A stretch of 62,364 nt of DNA, filler included, from Candidatus Fermentibacterota bacterium (GTDB taxonomy: Bacteria > JAFGKV01): the NCBI GenBank assembly GCA_016928395.1. It is 5 parts of 5 records of this genome, joined end to end, with 100 filler letters (N's around TTAATTAATTAA, not from the genome) between each part and the next. Parts side by side here need not be neighbours in the genome. Positions count along the whole stretch, not along the records: positions 28,800 to 50,101 come from JAFGKV010000104.1; 4 more parts are not named here. The stretch is one strand, 5' to 3'. Shown piece after piece: positions 28,800 through 38,128 of the stretch. The first letter of the stretch is position 1. Every line of letters begins with the position of its first letter. The translations under genes and the position numbers were made by a program. Below the pieces are notes generated by a model. That model made no database searches and was not told the DNA's origin. It worked only from the letters and a program-made list of their open reading frames with translations.

Positions 28800-30379
28800 G
28801 CGTCCTTGAACGCCTTGATGCGCTTCTGACACGCTGAGATCGACTTCCTCAGCTCCTTCTCAGCCTGCTTGCGCCTATCTTCCGTAGCTTTGGCGTCGGC
28901 AGATTTCTTCTGGCCTTTCGGAACGGAGGCTTTCGCGCCCTGCAGGGCGTTCAGCTTCTTCGTCAGCTCATCGAGTTGTCCCTTCGCCGCGTTGGATGCC
29001 TCTCTCTTCTCGAGGGCTTTCGTGGTGCCGCCGGAGGGCGCGGGCTCACTGTCGACTACGACGATGACCTTCGCATCTCCATCACCGCGCCGGTTCACTC
29101 GGCCGAGGCGCTGGACCATGCGCTCCCACGCCACGAGGTCACAGACCATGTGGTCCGCGTCAAGGTCCACTCCGACCTCTCCGGCCGAAGTTGCGATCAG
29201 AAAGGCCGAGCGCTCCAAGACCACGGCTGTGCCCGCGAGGAAGCCGAGCCGGGCCAGAGCATCCCGCGCTAGGGTGCGCTCCTTCACGCGCCGTCCGCCT
29301 ACGAAGAGTTCGATGGTTGGCTCTTTTGCGCCGGCCGACTTCGCCAGGTTACGCAGTTCGGCAGCGACGGCGGTCGCGTCCTTGCGCGCGTTGCAGAACA
29401 CGAGACACCGGACCTGTGCCGAGCCTTGCGTCGTCACCTCCCATGCCTGCTTGGCGAGAACGCCAGCGAGCTTGGGGCCCTTGTTCTTCTTGGTCGTCTC
29501 GTCGGCGTCGTCAGGATTCTCGGCGTCTTCCGGGGCGGCGGGTGCCTCCGGGATGTTGGCGAGTTCTACGATGCTCAGCGCCTTCTTCGCGGTCAGGCGC
29601 TTCTTGACGATTGGGTTGCTTCGATCGTCGTCGGAGAGAATCAGTGTCGTGGCGTCGGTCTGGCGTCCCGTCGCCGAGAGTGACATGAGCTTGAACGGAG
29701 GAACCAGTGCGTGAAGCGAAGGTTCCTTCGGACCGAACGAGTCGGATCCACTCTCGATCTGTCTGAGAAGATCCTCGAACGCGGGAACAAGGTGCGCCTC
29801 GTCCAGAACGACCAGCGTGTCTGCGCCCAGGAGTCCTGCGAGATAGGGCCGCATCTTTGAAGAAACGCCATAGCCCGAGAACAGAAGGCGCGAGCCCACC
29901 ATGTCGATGGTACCGACGATGATCGCGGGCGACGAGGGGTCCTTGAGCCAGTCGCGGTTGTCAACGTGCTGACCCCGAAGCGTCGAGATGGGCAGTGTTC
30001 GATCACCAAGGCCAAGTGAGTCTGCGACTGCGCGTTCCTTCTCGACCCACGCGCGAAGGGACTCCGCCACCTCCGTTGCTTGATCGACTACTGCCCGACG
30101 ATCGACGATGTAGACGAGCTTGCGGGGCACCGATGCGCCAAGCGCGCGCGCGACGAGCCACACCGCGATCGTCGCGGTTTTCCCAAGTCCAGTGGGGATA
30201 TCGAGTGCGGTGACAGCCTCTCCTCGGAGGAAGCGCTGGAATAGGTCGAGTTGCCAGGGAAACGGCGTCTGCCCCTGGTCGAGCCCGAGCCCGCATCGAA
30301 GCCACTCCACTGGCTGGTGGAGGTCGTCCATGACTTCCGCGTTGGCCACCACCGCCCCATCCCGCGAACTACTCGTCAT
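28800..30379 (-). CDS. cas3: Type I-G (I-U) CRISPR-associated helicase Cas3, 5' part
   Basis: PFPWQ, PTGLGKT, PRKLVYIVDRRAVVDQ, GTIDMVGSRLLFSGYG, DEAH, ATSAGEVGVDLDAD, QRLGRVNR; helicase at the N-terminus with no preceding HD domain; runs off the contig. Confidence 0.92.
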
Positions 30380-30629
30380 CACGTCCCCCCTCTCAACCGC
30401 ATGGCTGCGCTTCGATCCACTGGCCGAGCTCGGTGCGCTTGATGCGCCACCTTCCCCGGTCCCTCGAGATCCCGAGCATGCGCATGGCATCGCGAAACAG
30501 GGTCTGACCTTCCAGGGTCGGTTGCGGTACCAGGAATTGCACTATTGCATTCTCCCCCACTCGGCCCAGAGAGGGTACATGGAAACCAAGGGCGATCGGG
30601 CCGTGGCGACTCGCGGCAGGCGTGCGGCA

Positions 30630-30974
30630 TCAGGCTCCCTCCATGGACCAGGTGAAAGCGTGCCGGCGACAGATGAAAAAGCCGGTCAGCAGCACATTCC
30701 GAGTCACTAGGCACAGATGCTCAAGATGACAAGCGCCAGACCTCAATGCAAAGGAATCTTTATCGCCCTCACGATCCAGCGCCAGAAGGTCGATGATGCT
30801 GCCCAGGTTCGTGCCGACCTGGCGGCCCACGATCAGGAGCCTGCCGTCTTCCACGATGCCGTCAGGATTGGACTCAAGCCAGCCTTCGAGGACGCGTTCC
30901 TCATGCCCCGCCTGAAACGGTTTCGTGAAGTACTCCCGAAACCGACCGTCAGATTCAATACCGAATAGACGCAC
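30630..30974 (-). pseudogene. Truncated NucS/DUF91-like PD-(D/E)xK endonuclease
   Basis: E..LE.WLE.NP...LLIVGRQV...IDLLALDREGD, then resemblance stops near 30760 before the expected ExK motif. Confidence 0.7.
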
Positions 30975-31122
30975 CTTCGATCATCGCCCCTTCGAGTATG
31001 ACGGAAGGAACGGGCAGGCTTTGACGCTCGATGGAAGAGCATGCGCACGAGGAAGGTCGGTGCCGACCATGCCGAGACCGTCACGAAGCCGCCCCGTCAT
31101 GCCCCACACGGGCATCTTAGGA

Positions 31123-31144
31123 ACTATTCTAATATGAGAATAGT
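31123..31144. promoter_or_regulatory. 22-bp palindromic site, copy 1
   Basis: ACTATTCTAA-TA-TGAGAATAGT. Confidence 0.6.
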
Positions 31145-31549
31145 CTCCGAACAGCCACGGAGATATGGTCGAACGGTATCCGATGGCTGATGAGTGAGGT
31201 GCGCGACAATCCGACAGGCCTCCAGGGCCTCGGGAGGCGAATGTGCAGAAGGTTGAGTTGGGTTCCATGGCACACCCCGCGCAAGGTGGTACTCCAACAC
31301 ACTGAGCCGAATGAGGCCCGTTCGTGGCCCCGTGTCAAGTCAGAATCCCCCAGTCCTCTTCACTCACGCGGTTGTGATTGTCGGGTCACTGCCCCGACTT
31401 CTTCACGACCGCCGCCGGCGCACGCCTGGCGGCCGTCGCGAAGGGCGAGCTTGAGGGTCAGGCATTGCGTTGTGGGATTTGCGCACGGGAGAGAGCCGAA
31501 CTCGCTGGTAGACCGACCCATGGCTGAGCAAGAATCGCGTGCATGAAGC

Positions 31550-31571
31550 ACTATTCTCACCTTAGAATAGT
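31550..31571. promoter_or_regulatory. 22-bp palindromic site, copy 2 (inverted)
   Basis: Reverse complement ACTATTCTAA-GG-TGAGAATAGT; 20/22 identical to copy 1. Confidence 0.6.
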
Positions 31572-31882
31572 GGGCAGTGTCGGCCCCGGCTTGGCCGAAG
31601 CCCTCGGCGGCTGCCGAGGATCGCCGCGGCGAGTGGGAGTGGAGGATGTGCGATCTGATCGTATCCATCACGGCCCCTGGTGAAGGTCTCTGCCGGAAGA
31701 TGAGATGCACCAAATGAAGCCGATACTTCACGCACGATCAAGCGGTTCGGGTGCGAGGAGGATCATACGGGCCGACAAGCCTCTGAAGCCCAATTGGACA
31801 CGGGCCGGGAAGTAGAAAGTCCTGATTTCATGGACGTTCCCAAACCCGACGGTAGCTGCACAGACTCCGTGTCCGCGCTTCT

Positions 31883-32158
31883 TTAAGAAACGCTCCTGGT
31901 TCGCTCATCGTCTTCCTGCTTGACGCGATCCCAGGGAATCCCGTGGCCGGCCAGTACACTCGCCCTCGACTCTTCGATCTTCTTGAGAAACCGGGGGTCA
32001 TTCTCGAGCTGGAAGTCAAACCAGTCGTCTTCGCTCGTGAAGCCCGTAAGAACACCCGCCGGCTTGCCATGCTTCGTGATGACGATCTGCTCGTCTCCAG
32101 CCTCGACCAGATACTTTGACAGGTGGTCCCGCAGTTCGGCGAATGCAACCTGCTTCAT
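31883..32158 (-). CDS. Phd/YefM family antitoxin
   Basis: ELRDHLSKYL...IVITKHGKPAGVL; ATGA overlap with the toxin stop. Confidence 0.9.
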   Translation of the reverse strand: MKQVAFAELRDHLSKYLVEAGDEQIVITKHGKPAGVLTGFTSEDDWFDFQLENDPRFLKKIEESRASVLAGHGIPWDRVKQEDDERTRSVS

Positions 32159-32448
32159 GTTGGCTCCCCTTCCTCTTCCAGCCATTCCCTGGCGTGAGGT
32201 TTGTCGACAATGCCGTGAACAATCACGGTCTCCCTCGCCACATCATAGAACACCCTCAGGTCGTCTATCCGGAGTCGATACTGCGGCTTGCGCAGACCCC
32301 GCAAGCGTTTGATGCGACTCTTGCTCTCCGCGGCCGGGCGATGCAAGAGGTGCGTGTCGAACGCGTCCCTCACCCTTGCCCTATCGTAGGCGGAGAGGCC
32401 ATGGAAGTGCGCTCGTGCCTGAGGTGACAGAATGATGTCGTGTTTCAT
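32155..32448 (-). CDS. RelE/ParE family toxin
   Basis: IKRLRG...YRLRIDDLRVFYDV. Confidence 0.9.
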   Translation of the reverse strand: MKHDIILSPQARAHFHGLSAYDRARVRDAFDTHLLHRPAAESKSRIKRLRGLRKPQYRLRIDDLRVFYDVARETVIVHGIVDKPHAREWLEEEGEPT

Positions 32449-32457
32449 TATGGCAGC

Positions 32458-32486
32458 AATCTGGCGTGACTCACGCCAGACGTCAA
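32458..32486 (-). promoter_or_regulatory. TA promoter with palindromic operator
   Basis: -35 TTGACG abutting the perfect inverted repeat TCTGGCGTGA-N-TCACGCCAGA (32460-32480); no RBS before the toxin ATG. Confidence 0.6.
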
Positions 32487-32759
32487 TTCGTACCGTCTTT
32501 AAACTGCGGGAGCGTCTGAGCAGGAGGGATCTGGACTCTCTTACACCATCAGGCGGCGGACGAGGGCTGCAATCAGAGGTGCATCCGCAGCGTGTGGCGG
32601 GAAGGCATACGGGACATGTCCAAGACAGGACAGATCCTATCTGCGGCAGTCAGGGACTGCGGAGGCCAGCAAGGTGACGTTTTCGGTGCGGTAGGGATGC
32701 CGGTTGACTCCACCTCAGCGTTCCCGTGCAGCCACTACACCAGAAAGTCCGAATCTCAT

Positions 32760-33128
32760 CTACATCCCCGCGTTGCAGTGGCGTGACGACGCTGTTCTTC
32801 CGTAAGCATCGAGATCGTTCGCCTTGCGGTACTTGCCCCACTCTCGGTCCAGCTTCCTGAATCCTGGCTCGTCGATGGCATTGATCTTCCGGAGTGCGAA
32901 CAGCGCAGATCGGATTGAGATTGGTGGCAGCATAAGGCGCCCGCCGCACTTCCTGCAGGTCATGCGTGGCGGCTTGAGGCCCCGGGCTTCCCTGATCCTC
33001 TGCCGTTTCTCAGTTATCTCCTGGCAGAAGTCTGCGAGTTCCTCCCATGTCATTTCGCTCGTCCAGTGCGAGTTCAGGTCGTCAAGTATCTCTGGGAACC
33101 AAGCTCTTTGTGCATCCCCAGAAGGCAT
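32760..33128 (-). CDS. Hypothetical protein with CxxC
   Basis: 122-aa protein-like ORF (MPSGDAQRAWFPE...CRKC...SIRSALFAL). Confidence 0.75.
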   Translation of the reverse strand: MPSGDAQRAWFPEILDDLNSHWTSEMTWEELADFCQEITEKRQRIREARGLKPPRMTCRKCGGRLMLPPISIRSALFALRKINAIDEPGFRKLDREWGKYRKANDLDAYGRTASSRHCNAGM

Positions 33129-33314
33129 TGTCTTCCGTCCATTTCTTCAATCAGAACGGCCTGCGCATGACCGGCGCCGGCCTCAGAGATTCCGGGAAGA
33201 AGCAACCACGTCGGACAGCATCCGGGTCGTGCGTCTCTTCGGCCATGATCGCCCGAATTCCTTTGGGGTCAAGGGTTCCCAGATTGCATCCAATTTGCCG
33301 ATCCGGCAACGGCA

Positions 33315-33640
33315 TCAGGCATCAACTAGCCGCCGCTGCAGCAGCGTCCGCATATCGCGACGACCGTCGGCAATCAGCAGAACGTAGACGTTCGTGCCGA
33401 TGACTCGGTAGATGATGCGATAGGGTTTGAAAAATACCTCACGGTATTCACGAATCCCCAACATCAGCAGTCCTCGCGGATAGGCACCGCGCGTTGGAAC
33501 CTCGGCAGCGTTGAGAAGGCCTTCTCGATCCGCGCCAAAACGTAGTCCGCCTTTTGAGGCGTATCGTGGAGAGCGATGTAGTCATAGAGCTCATCGATAT
33601 CACGCGCTGCGTCATTGGTCAGCAGAACCGCGAACGGCAT
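33315..33640 (-). pseudogene. Frameshifted ParE/RelE toxin
   Basis: 326 nt (1 short of in-frame); MPFAVLLTNDAARDIDELYDYIALHD... shifts near 33510 to ...GIREYREVFFKPYRIIYRV...DGRRDMRTLLQRRLVDA; not in the ORF track. Confidence 0.85.
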
Positions 33641-34044
33641 CAGTGATCCGTCCTCCGTCCGCGTAGACGTTCAATCACATCCCCTGCGGGCAGAACCTTG
33701 CCTTCCTCGATCTGACGCATCCCGAGCGCCAGGGTTTTCAGAAGCGGCGACGTCAGGCGGAAGTCCGGGCCTTCCATCCAGATGGCTGCGGCAACGTTCC
33801 TGCTCAGGAGCAACAGGGCCGTCAGCACCGCAGTCAGGACGCCCGTTCTCTCGACATGACTGTGCCCGTGCCGGTATGGCCGACAGGCGTTCTTCTGCCC
33901 GCCTCTCCCCTCCTTCAGCTCTTCACTGTCCTTGGTGCGTCTGATTCCCCGCACCCGCGGATTCGGGCCTGGTCCAGCGCCGAGGGTGTGTGGCACCACA
34001 TACCTGACGAGCTTCCCGGAGGCGCCGACTATGCAGACCTTCAT
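33640..34044 (-). pseudogene. Chimeric ORF: Rossmann N-terminus, signal-peptide-like piece, antitoxin C-terminus
   Basis: MKVCIVGASGKL start with RBS; ends LLKTLALGMRQIEEGKV...DVIERLR with TGATG coupling to the toxin. Confidence 0.65.
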
Positions 34045-34351
34045 CGGATACCTACCTCTCCTTCAACAGAACCATCATGCAACCATGCCGCATGCCGATC
34101 CGCATGCACCGCATCTTCTGTCAACTGGGGGGCTCCCATGGGGCTGCCCCACCCGCTGCGGACCCTGAGGAGATCGTGATCACCGGCGTGTCCATCACAC
34201 CCTCAAACGACCCTCCCCAGAGTGCCCAATCCACACCGGCGGTTCTGTCCAATTCACGGTTGGCGGGAGACTCCCCGGTGAGGAACACCTCTCCCGGCCC
34301 TGGCGATGAGAATCCGGCGGCACGGTACGTCGGTGTCTGGCGGCCTCCTCG

Positions 34352-34939
34352 CTACAACTCGAGATACCACAGCAGCATCGCCTCGTGGGCGACTTCGGGG
34401 CAACCGACGTATCCGTACCGATGAATCGCTCCCAGCTCGCACCCCGCACTCGAATAGAACCGGCACGCCGGTACATTCACGCTCTGTGTCTCCAATCCCA
34501 ACTGCCCGAACCCCCGCTCCCTCGCCCATCCCGCCGCGGCCCTGAACAGCCGTCTCCCGATCCCGCGCCCTCTTTCCTCGGGGGTCACACGAATGTCCCA
34601 GAGGACCGCCAGGTCGTTCCTCTGAAATCGATCCAGGGGATACACCGCTGTCCCCACAGCGATCGCCGCTCCTCCGACGTGCCGCTCGCCGTCACGAGCC
34701 AACAGAATGCCCCAGCGGCTCATGTCGAATTCACTCGCCCAGCGACTTGGCCTGTGCTCGCCGTGGCCATCGTAGTCCTTGATGTACGGAGTGGCCACCT
34801 TCTCCTCGGCCAACCGGAAGCCCCCGAGGCCACCATCCAGCACCTCGACTTTGAACACACTCTCCACGGTGTACCGCGCGGGTATACCGTCATACAAAGA
34901 ATACCGGTCGGCACCGATTTCCTCGATCACGATGTTCAT
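34352..34939 (-). CDS. GNAT N-acetyltransferase (streptothricin acetyltransferase-like)
   Basis: WDIRV...RGRGIG, LETQSVNVPACRFY, LWY terminus; AGGAG RBS. Confidence 0.88.
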   Translation of the reverse strand: MNIVIEEIGADRYSLYDGIPARYTVESVFKVEVLDGGLGGFRLAEEKVATPYIKDYDGHGEHRPSRWASEFDMSRWGILLARDGERHVGGAAIAVGTAVYPLDRFQRNDLAVLWDIRVTPEERGRGIGRRLFRAAAGWARERGFGQLGLETQSVNVPACRFYSSAGCELGAIHRYGYVGCPEVAHEAMLLWYLEL

Positions 34940-35038
34940 CGACGCTCCTCTCTCCCCTATCCCCGGGAGCCGCCTCCGGGTCGACGCGAGACGCACACGG
35001 CAGGCCACCGGCCAATGCGGCTCGCCCAGGTAGAAGAA

Positions 35039-35581
35039 TCAGGCGGCATTCGGGTGTGCGCCGGCTGCGACCTGTAACTTGCGCACGGTGGCCCAGTTCC
35101 GCGTCGTCGTTGCGTCGGCGGTGACCCGGGCGAAGGCCTTGGCGAGCCTGGATTCAATGATCCCGTGCGCACACCACAAATACGCCGCACTATGACCGAC
35201 GGAAAACGCCTCCGGCGCCCAGTCTTCGGCGAGCAGCGCCTTCGCCTTCTCAAGCGTGGCGGCCGAGGCCGTGAAGGCGACGAGGAACTTTGACGGATCA
35301 GCCTCAGCCTGGGGCAGCGGATTCTGCGCGATAACGGCATCCAGCTCGTGTACGGTGAGCACCACAACCGGCACGGCGAAGCCGAACCTGCTCCGGAAGG
35401 CTTCTTCGATCCCTGCCGCATCGGGCCGGGAGGCGTGAAAGACGGCGTTTCCGCTGTTGAGCACCATACGGACGTTCGAGAAGCCGAGACCTTCCAGCAG
35501 TGCCCGCAGATCGGCCATGGCGACGCGCTTTGCACTCCTCCCCACGTTGATGCCGCGTAGGAGTGCGATACACCGGGTCAT
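35039..35581 (-). CDS. DUF1697 family protein
   Basis: ALLRGINVG, SGNAVF, TTRNWATV. Confidence 0.92.
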   Translation of the reverse strand: MTRCIALLRGINVGRSAKRVAMADLRALLEGLGFSNVRMVLNSGNAVFHASRPDAAGIEEAFRSRFGFAVPVVVLTVHELDAVIAQNPLPQAEADPSKFLVAFTASAATLEKAKALLAEDWAPEAFSVGHSAAYLWCAHGIIESRLAKAFARVTADATTTRNWATVRKLQVAAGAHPNAA

Positions 35582-35654
35582 GAGTGACGCCTGCCGTGCA
35601 CTACGGGGAAGAGACGACGGCCCTGGGACCGGAGCTCTCCGTGCAGGCGCATGA

Positions 35655-35987
35655 TCATGCGCCATCGGCCTCAACCTGTGGGCCCCGGGCTGACCAGAGC
35701 GCGACATGAAAGGGCCATAGCTCGGCCCGCATGACACCGTGCAGAACCGCGGGGTCGTTGGCCATGAGTCTCTCTGCCTCGGTCTCAGACTCTGCCTCGA
35801 AGACTACGATGCCAAACGTTCCCTCGTCGACGGTCGGGGTCCTTCCGGCTACCAGCACCTGCCCCGAGGCCGTGAGTTTCTCCAGGTACGCGAAGTGCTG
35901 CCCTAGAACCTGAGTTTCCCGATCGGTCGGCCCTTCGACCAGCATGCCGATGCGGGTGGGTTTGATGCGATAGATGAACTGGGACAT
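35655..35987 (-). CDS. YciI family protein
   Basis: HFAYL...AGRT...NDPAV. Confidence 0.88.
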   Translation of the reverse strand: MSQFIYRIKPTRIGMLVEGPTDRETQVLGQHFAYLEKLTASGQVLVAGRTPTVDEGTFGIVVFEAESETEAERLMANDPAVLHGVMRAELWPFHVALWSARGPQVEADGA

Positions 35988-36001
35988 TGCTCTTCGCGGT
36001 C

Positions 36002-36421
36002 TCACTCGATTCCGAAGTTCACCGACTTGAAGTTGCTGTAGTATCTTCCGTCTTGCGCCGTGAACTTGAGCACGCAGTAGTCTGGGTCGTTCACGCCCTT
36101 TGCGTAGTAGATCTCATCCCCGTCCTTCCATATCATCTCCTTCGATTCCTTGTCATGCACTACTGACATCATTCCTCTCAGCATGACTCCTCTGAAGAAC
36201 CTCTTGTCAAAGAAGTACACGCATGCCTTCGGGTTCTCAGTGTAGTGTCTGACTCTCATGGAAGATGTGTTGGTCGTGAAGTATAGATGCCGTATCCCAT
36301 CCCTCTTTCTGGGTGGCAGCATTGCTTTCGTGTTGGGGAAACCTGATTCGTCAACGGAGCTTATTATTGCAGTGCTTGCCTTGTCAATCATGTTGCCGAT
36401 GGTCTGCGCGGGCTCTCTCAT
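36002..36421 (-). CDS. Pyridoxamine 5'-phosphate oxidase family (general stress) protein
   Basis: SVDESGFPNTKAM, YFTTNTSS, GVNDPDYCVLKF; lower GC than neighbours. Confidence 0.9.
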   Translation of the reverse strand: MREPAQTIGNMIDKASTAIISSVDESGFPNTKAMLPPRKRDGIRHLYFTTNTSSMRVRHYTENPKACVYFFDKRFFRGVMLRGMMSVVHDKESKEMIWKDGDEIYYAKGVNDPDYCVLKFTAQDGRYYSNFKSVNFGIE

Positions 36422-36624
36422 GTGCTTTCCTCCTCAAGGAGATTCCTGGCCAACAGATACTTCCCGGCGTGCGGTTTGTAGCCGAGCTTCCGAGTGAGTG
36501 CCAGCATCGCTGCGTTGTCCGATGCATTGCTCGTGTGCAGGGCCCGCGCTCCATGGGCCCGTGCGTATCGGATTGCCATGATCTTCATGCCGCACGCGAT
36601 GCCGCGGCCGCGATTGCCCCTGCA
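36418..36624 (-). pseudogene. 3' fragment of a GNAT acetyltransferase
   Basis: RGRGIACGMKIMAIRYARAHGARALHTSNASDNAAMLALTRKLGY; in-frame stop just upstream; ATGA-coupled to the next gene; not in the ORF track. Confidence 0.7.
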
Positions 36625-36788
36625 TCAGTCCCGGGATTGGCGACACACATGTTCATGTTTCTGATACTTCCCCGGCAGCCGGCGGCTGCCCCCCGGAGCG
36701 AGACCAGGATGTCGCCTCCATCGTCTCCTCGGGTCAACGGAAAACCCGATGAGGCAGCGCTGCTGCCGACTCGGCCGATCATCCTGGG

Positions 36789-37514
36789 CTAGTGGTCTCG
36801 CGGCCTTCGGCTGAACTTGAAGCCATGCACGATGACTTGCGTGCCCAAAGACATAGAAGGTATCTCTTCGGGCGGCTTTTCATCGAAGGAGTAGAGGGTG
36901 CGGGCATGCTCCTCGTCAAGGAGATACAGACCCTTCATGCAGATGCACGGAGGCGGGGCTTTCGCGACCGGGAGGACCATGTGGGGATAGGAGTATGTGA
37001 GCGACTCATATCCCACACAGTCGTCCAGGTGATCCAGGAGCAAGAGATAAACCCCCGGCTTGACACGCTCGTAGCGCTCCACCGCATCGCCCCGGGTCAC
37101 CACCAACGCTACTTCGTCTCTCTCGCGCATCCGCAGGATGACTTCCTCATGTCCTTCGGCCGGCACGGTGATGACGGCAGCGGATCCGTGCCCCCACATC
37201 AGTTCTTCGCTATCCGGTGCGTCCCGCTTCCCAATTCCACAGTCACCGCGACCCTCGACGTGGATCTTCGCCGCAGTGACCGGGCCATTCACCGCAAAGA
37301 TCGCGGCCCTCGTTTCGTCACCGAACAGCTCTTTCTGTTCCTCGGCGCGAAGCCACTCCTCCCGACGCTCCCTGTCCAGACGCCTGTTCTGCGCACGGTC
37401 TCTCAACATGGCGTGAACCACAAGGCCGCCCACGGCAACGGCCAGGAGCACCCACACCCTGGATCTCCCAGGGCTTCCTCGGGTGACGAAGGGGCACCCC
37501 GGTTTTGCCTTCAT
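36789..37514 (-). CDS. Membrane-anchored hypothetical protein
   Basis: N-terminal TM helix; ATGA overlap with the upstream gene. Confidence 0.65.
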   Translation of the reverse strand: MKAKPGCPFVTRGSPGRSRVWVLLAVAVGGLVVHAMLRDRAQNRRLDRERREEWLRAEEQKELFGDETRAAIFAVNGPVTAAKIHVEGRGDCGIGKRDAPDSEELMWGHGSAAVITVPAEGHEEVILRMRERDEVALVVTRGDAVERYERVKPGVYLLLLDHLDDCVGYESLTYSYPHMVLPVAKAPPPCICMKGLYLLDEEHARTLYSFDEKPPEEIPSMSLGTQVIVHGFKFSRRPRDH

Positions 37515-38128
37515 CGGTCGAACTCCTCACAGGGCCAGATTCTGACCACGAAGGCGCCTGCCAGCTCGAGGCACACGAGTTCGTATCCCTCCATGGCATC
37601 AACCAGATCTCGGAGGATCCCCGTGAAGTGCCGACGCCGCTCGGGCTCGCCAGGCACCTCGTCGGGAGCGACGAAAGCGTCGCCTTGCAGGATCAGCGTG
37701 CCTCGCCCGGTCTCGATGGTAACCACCCCGCGGTCATGACGGCAGTCGCTGATGATGACGCGAAGCCTTTCGGTGGGGCCGGGTTCTCGTCTACGATCGT
37801 GATCCGCACCCAGCGCGTCGACACTATCCAGACCCCCGGTCAGCGCCGGTGAGGACAGCGTGGGCTGGCGAGCGGCAGGGTTGCGAAGTGCGGAGGCTGT
37901 GCCGCCCGCGCGAGAAGGCGTCGCCTGATGCGCCGTGGTGGGGAGACCATCGGCGCCATGGGCGGGCTCAGTCTCGGCCGGCGGCGATCTCTGGGGTTCT
38001 CCGAACGGGGAGAGCTCCCCGGCCTCGTGGGGAGTGCGCCCGCGACAGGCGCTTCGAAGGGATGGAAGGGCCACGGCCAGGAGCAGGCCCACGATCATGA
38101 TCTTCGCCAGAAGCTGCGCGCCTTTCAC
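37511..38128 (-). CDS. Membrane-anchored hypothetical protein
   Basis: N-terminal hydrophobic helix, Pro/Ala linker; 4-nt overlaps on both sides. Confidence 0.6.
   Translation of the reverse strand: MKGAQLLAKIMIVGLLLAVALPSLRSACRGRTPHEAGELSPFGEPQRSPPAETEPAHGADGLPTTAHQATPSRAGGTASALRNPAARQPTLSSPALTGGLDSVDALGADHDRRREPGPTERLRVIISDCRHDRGVVTIETGRGTLILQGDAFVAPDEVPGEPERRRHFTGILRDLVDAMEGYELVCLELAGAFVVRIWPCEEFDR

Noticed and set aside
31145-31830. Short ORFs between and beside the 22-bp sites
   Set aside because: No RBS, motifs or protein-like composition.
36445-36465. GTTGGCC as an attC core before the PNPOx-like gene
   Set aside because: Lies inside the coding remnant of a GNAT gene and has no matching left arm.
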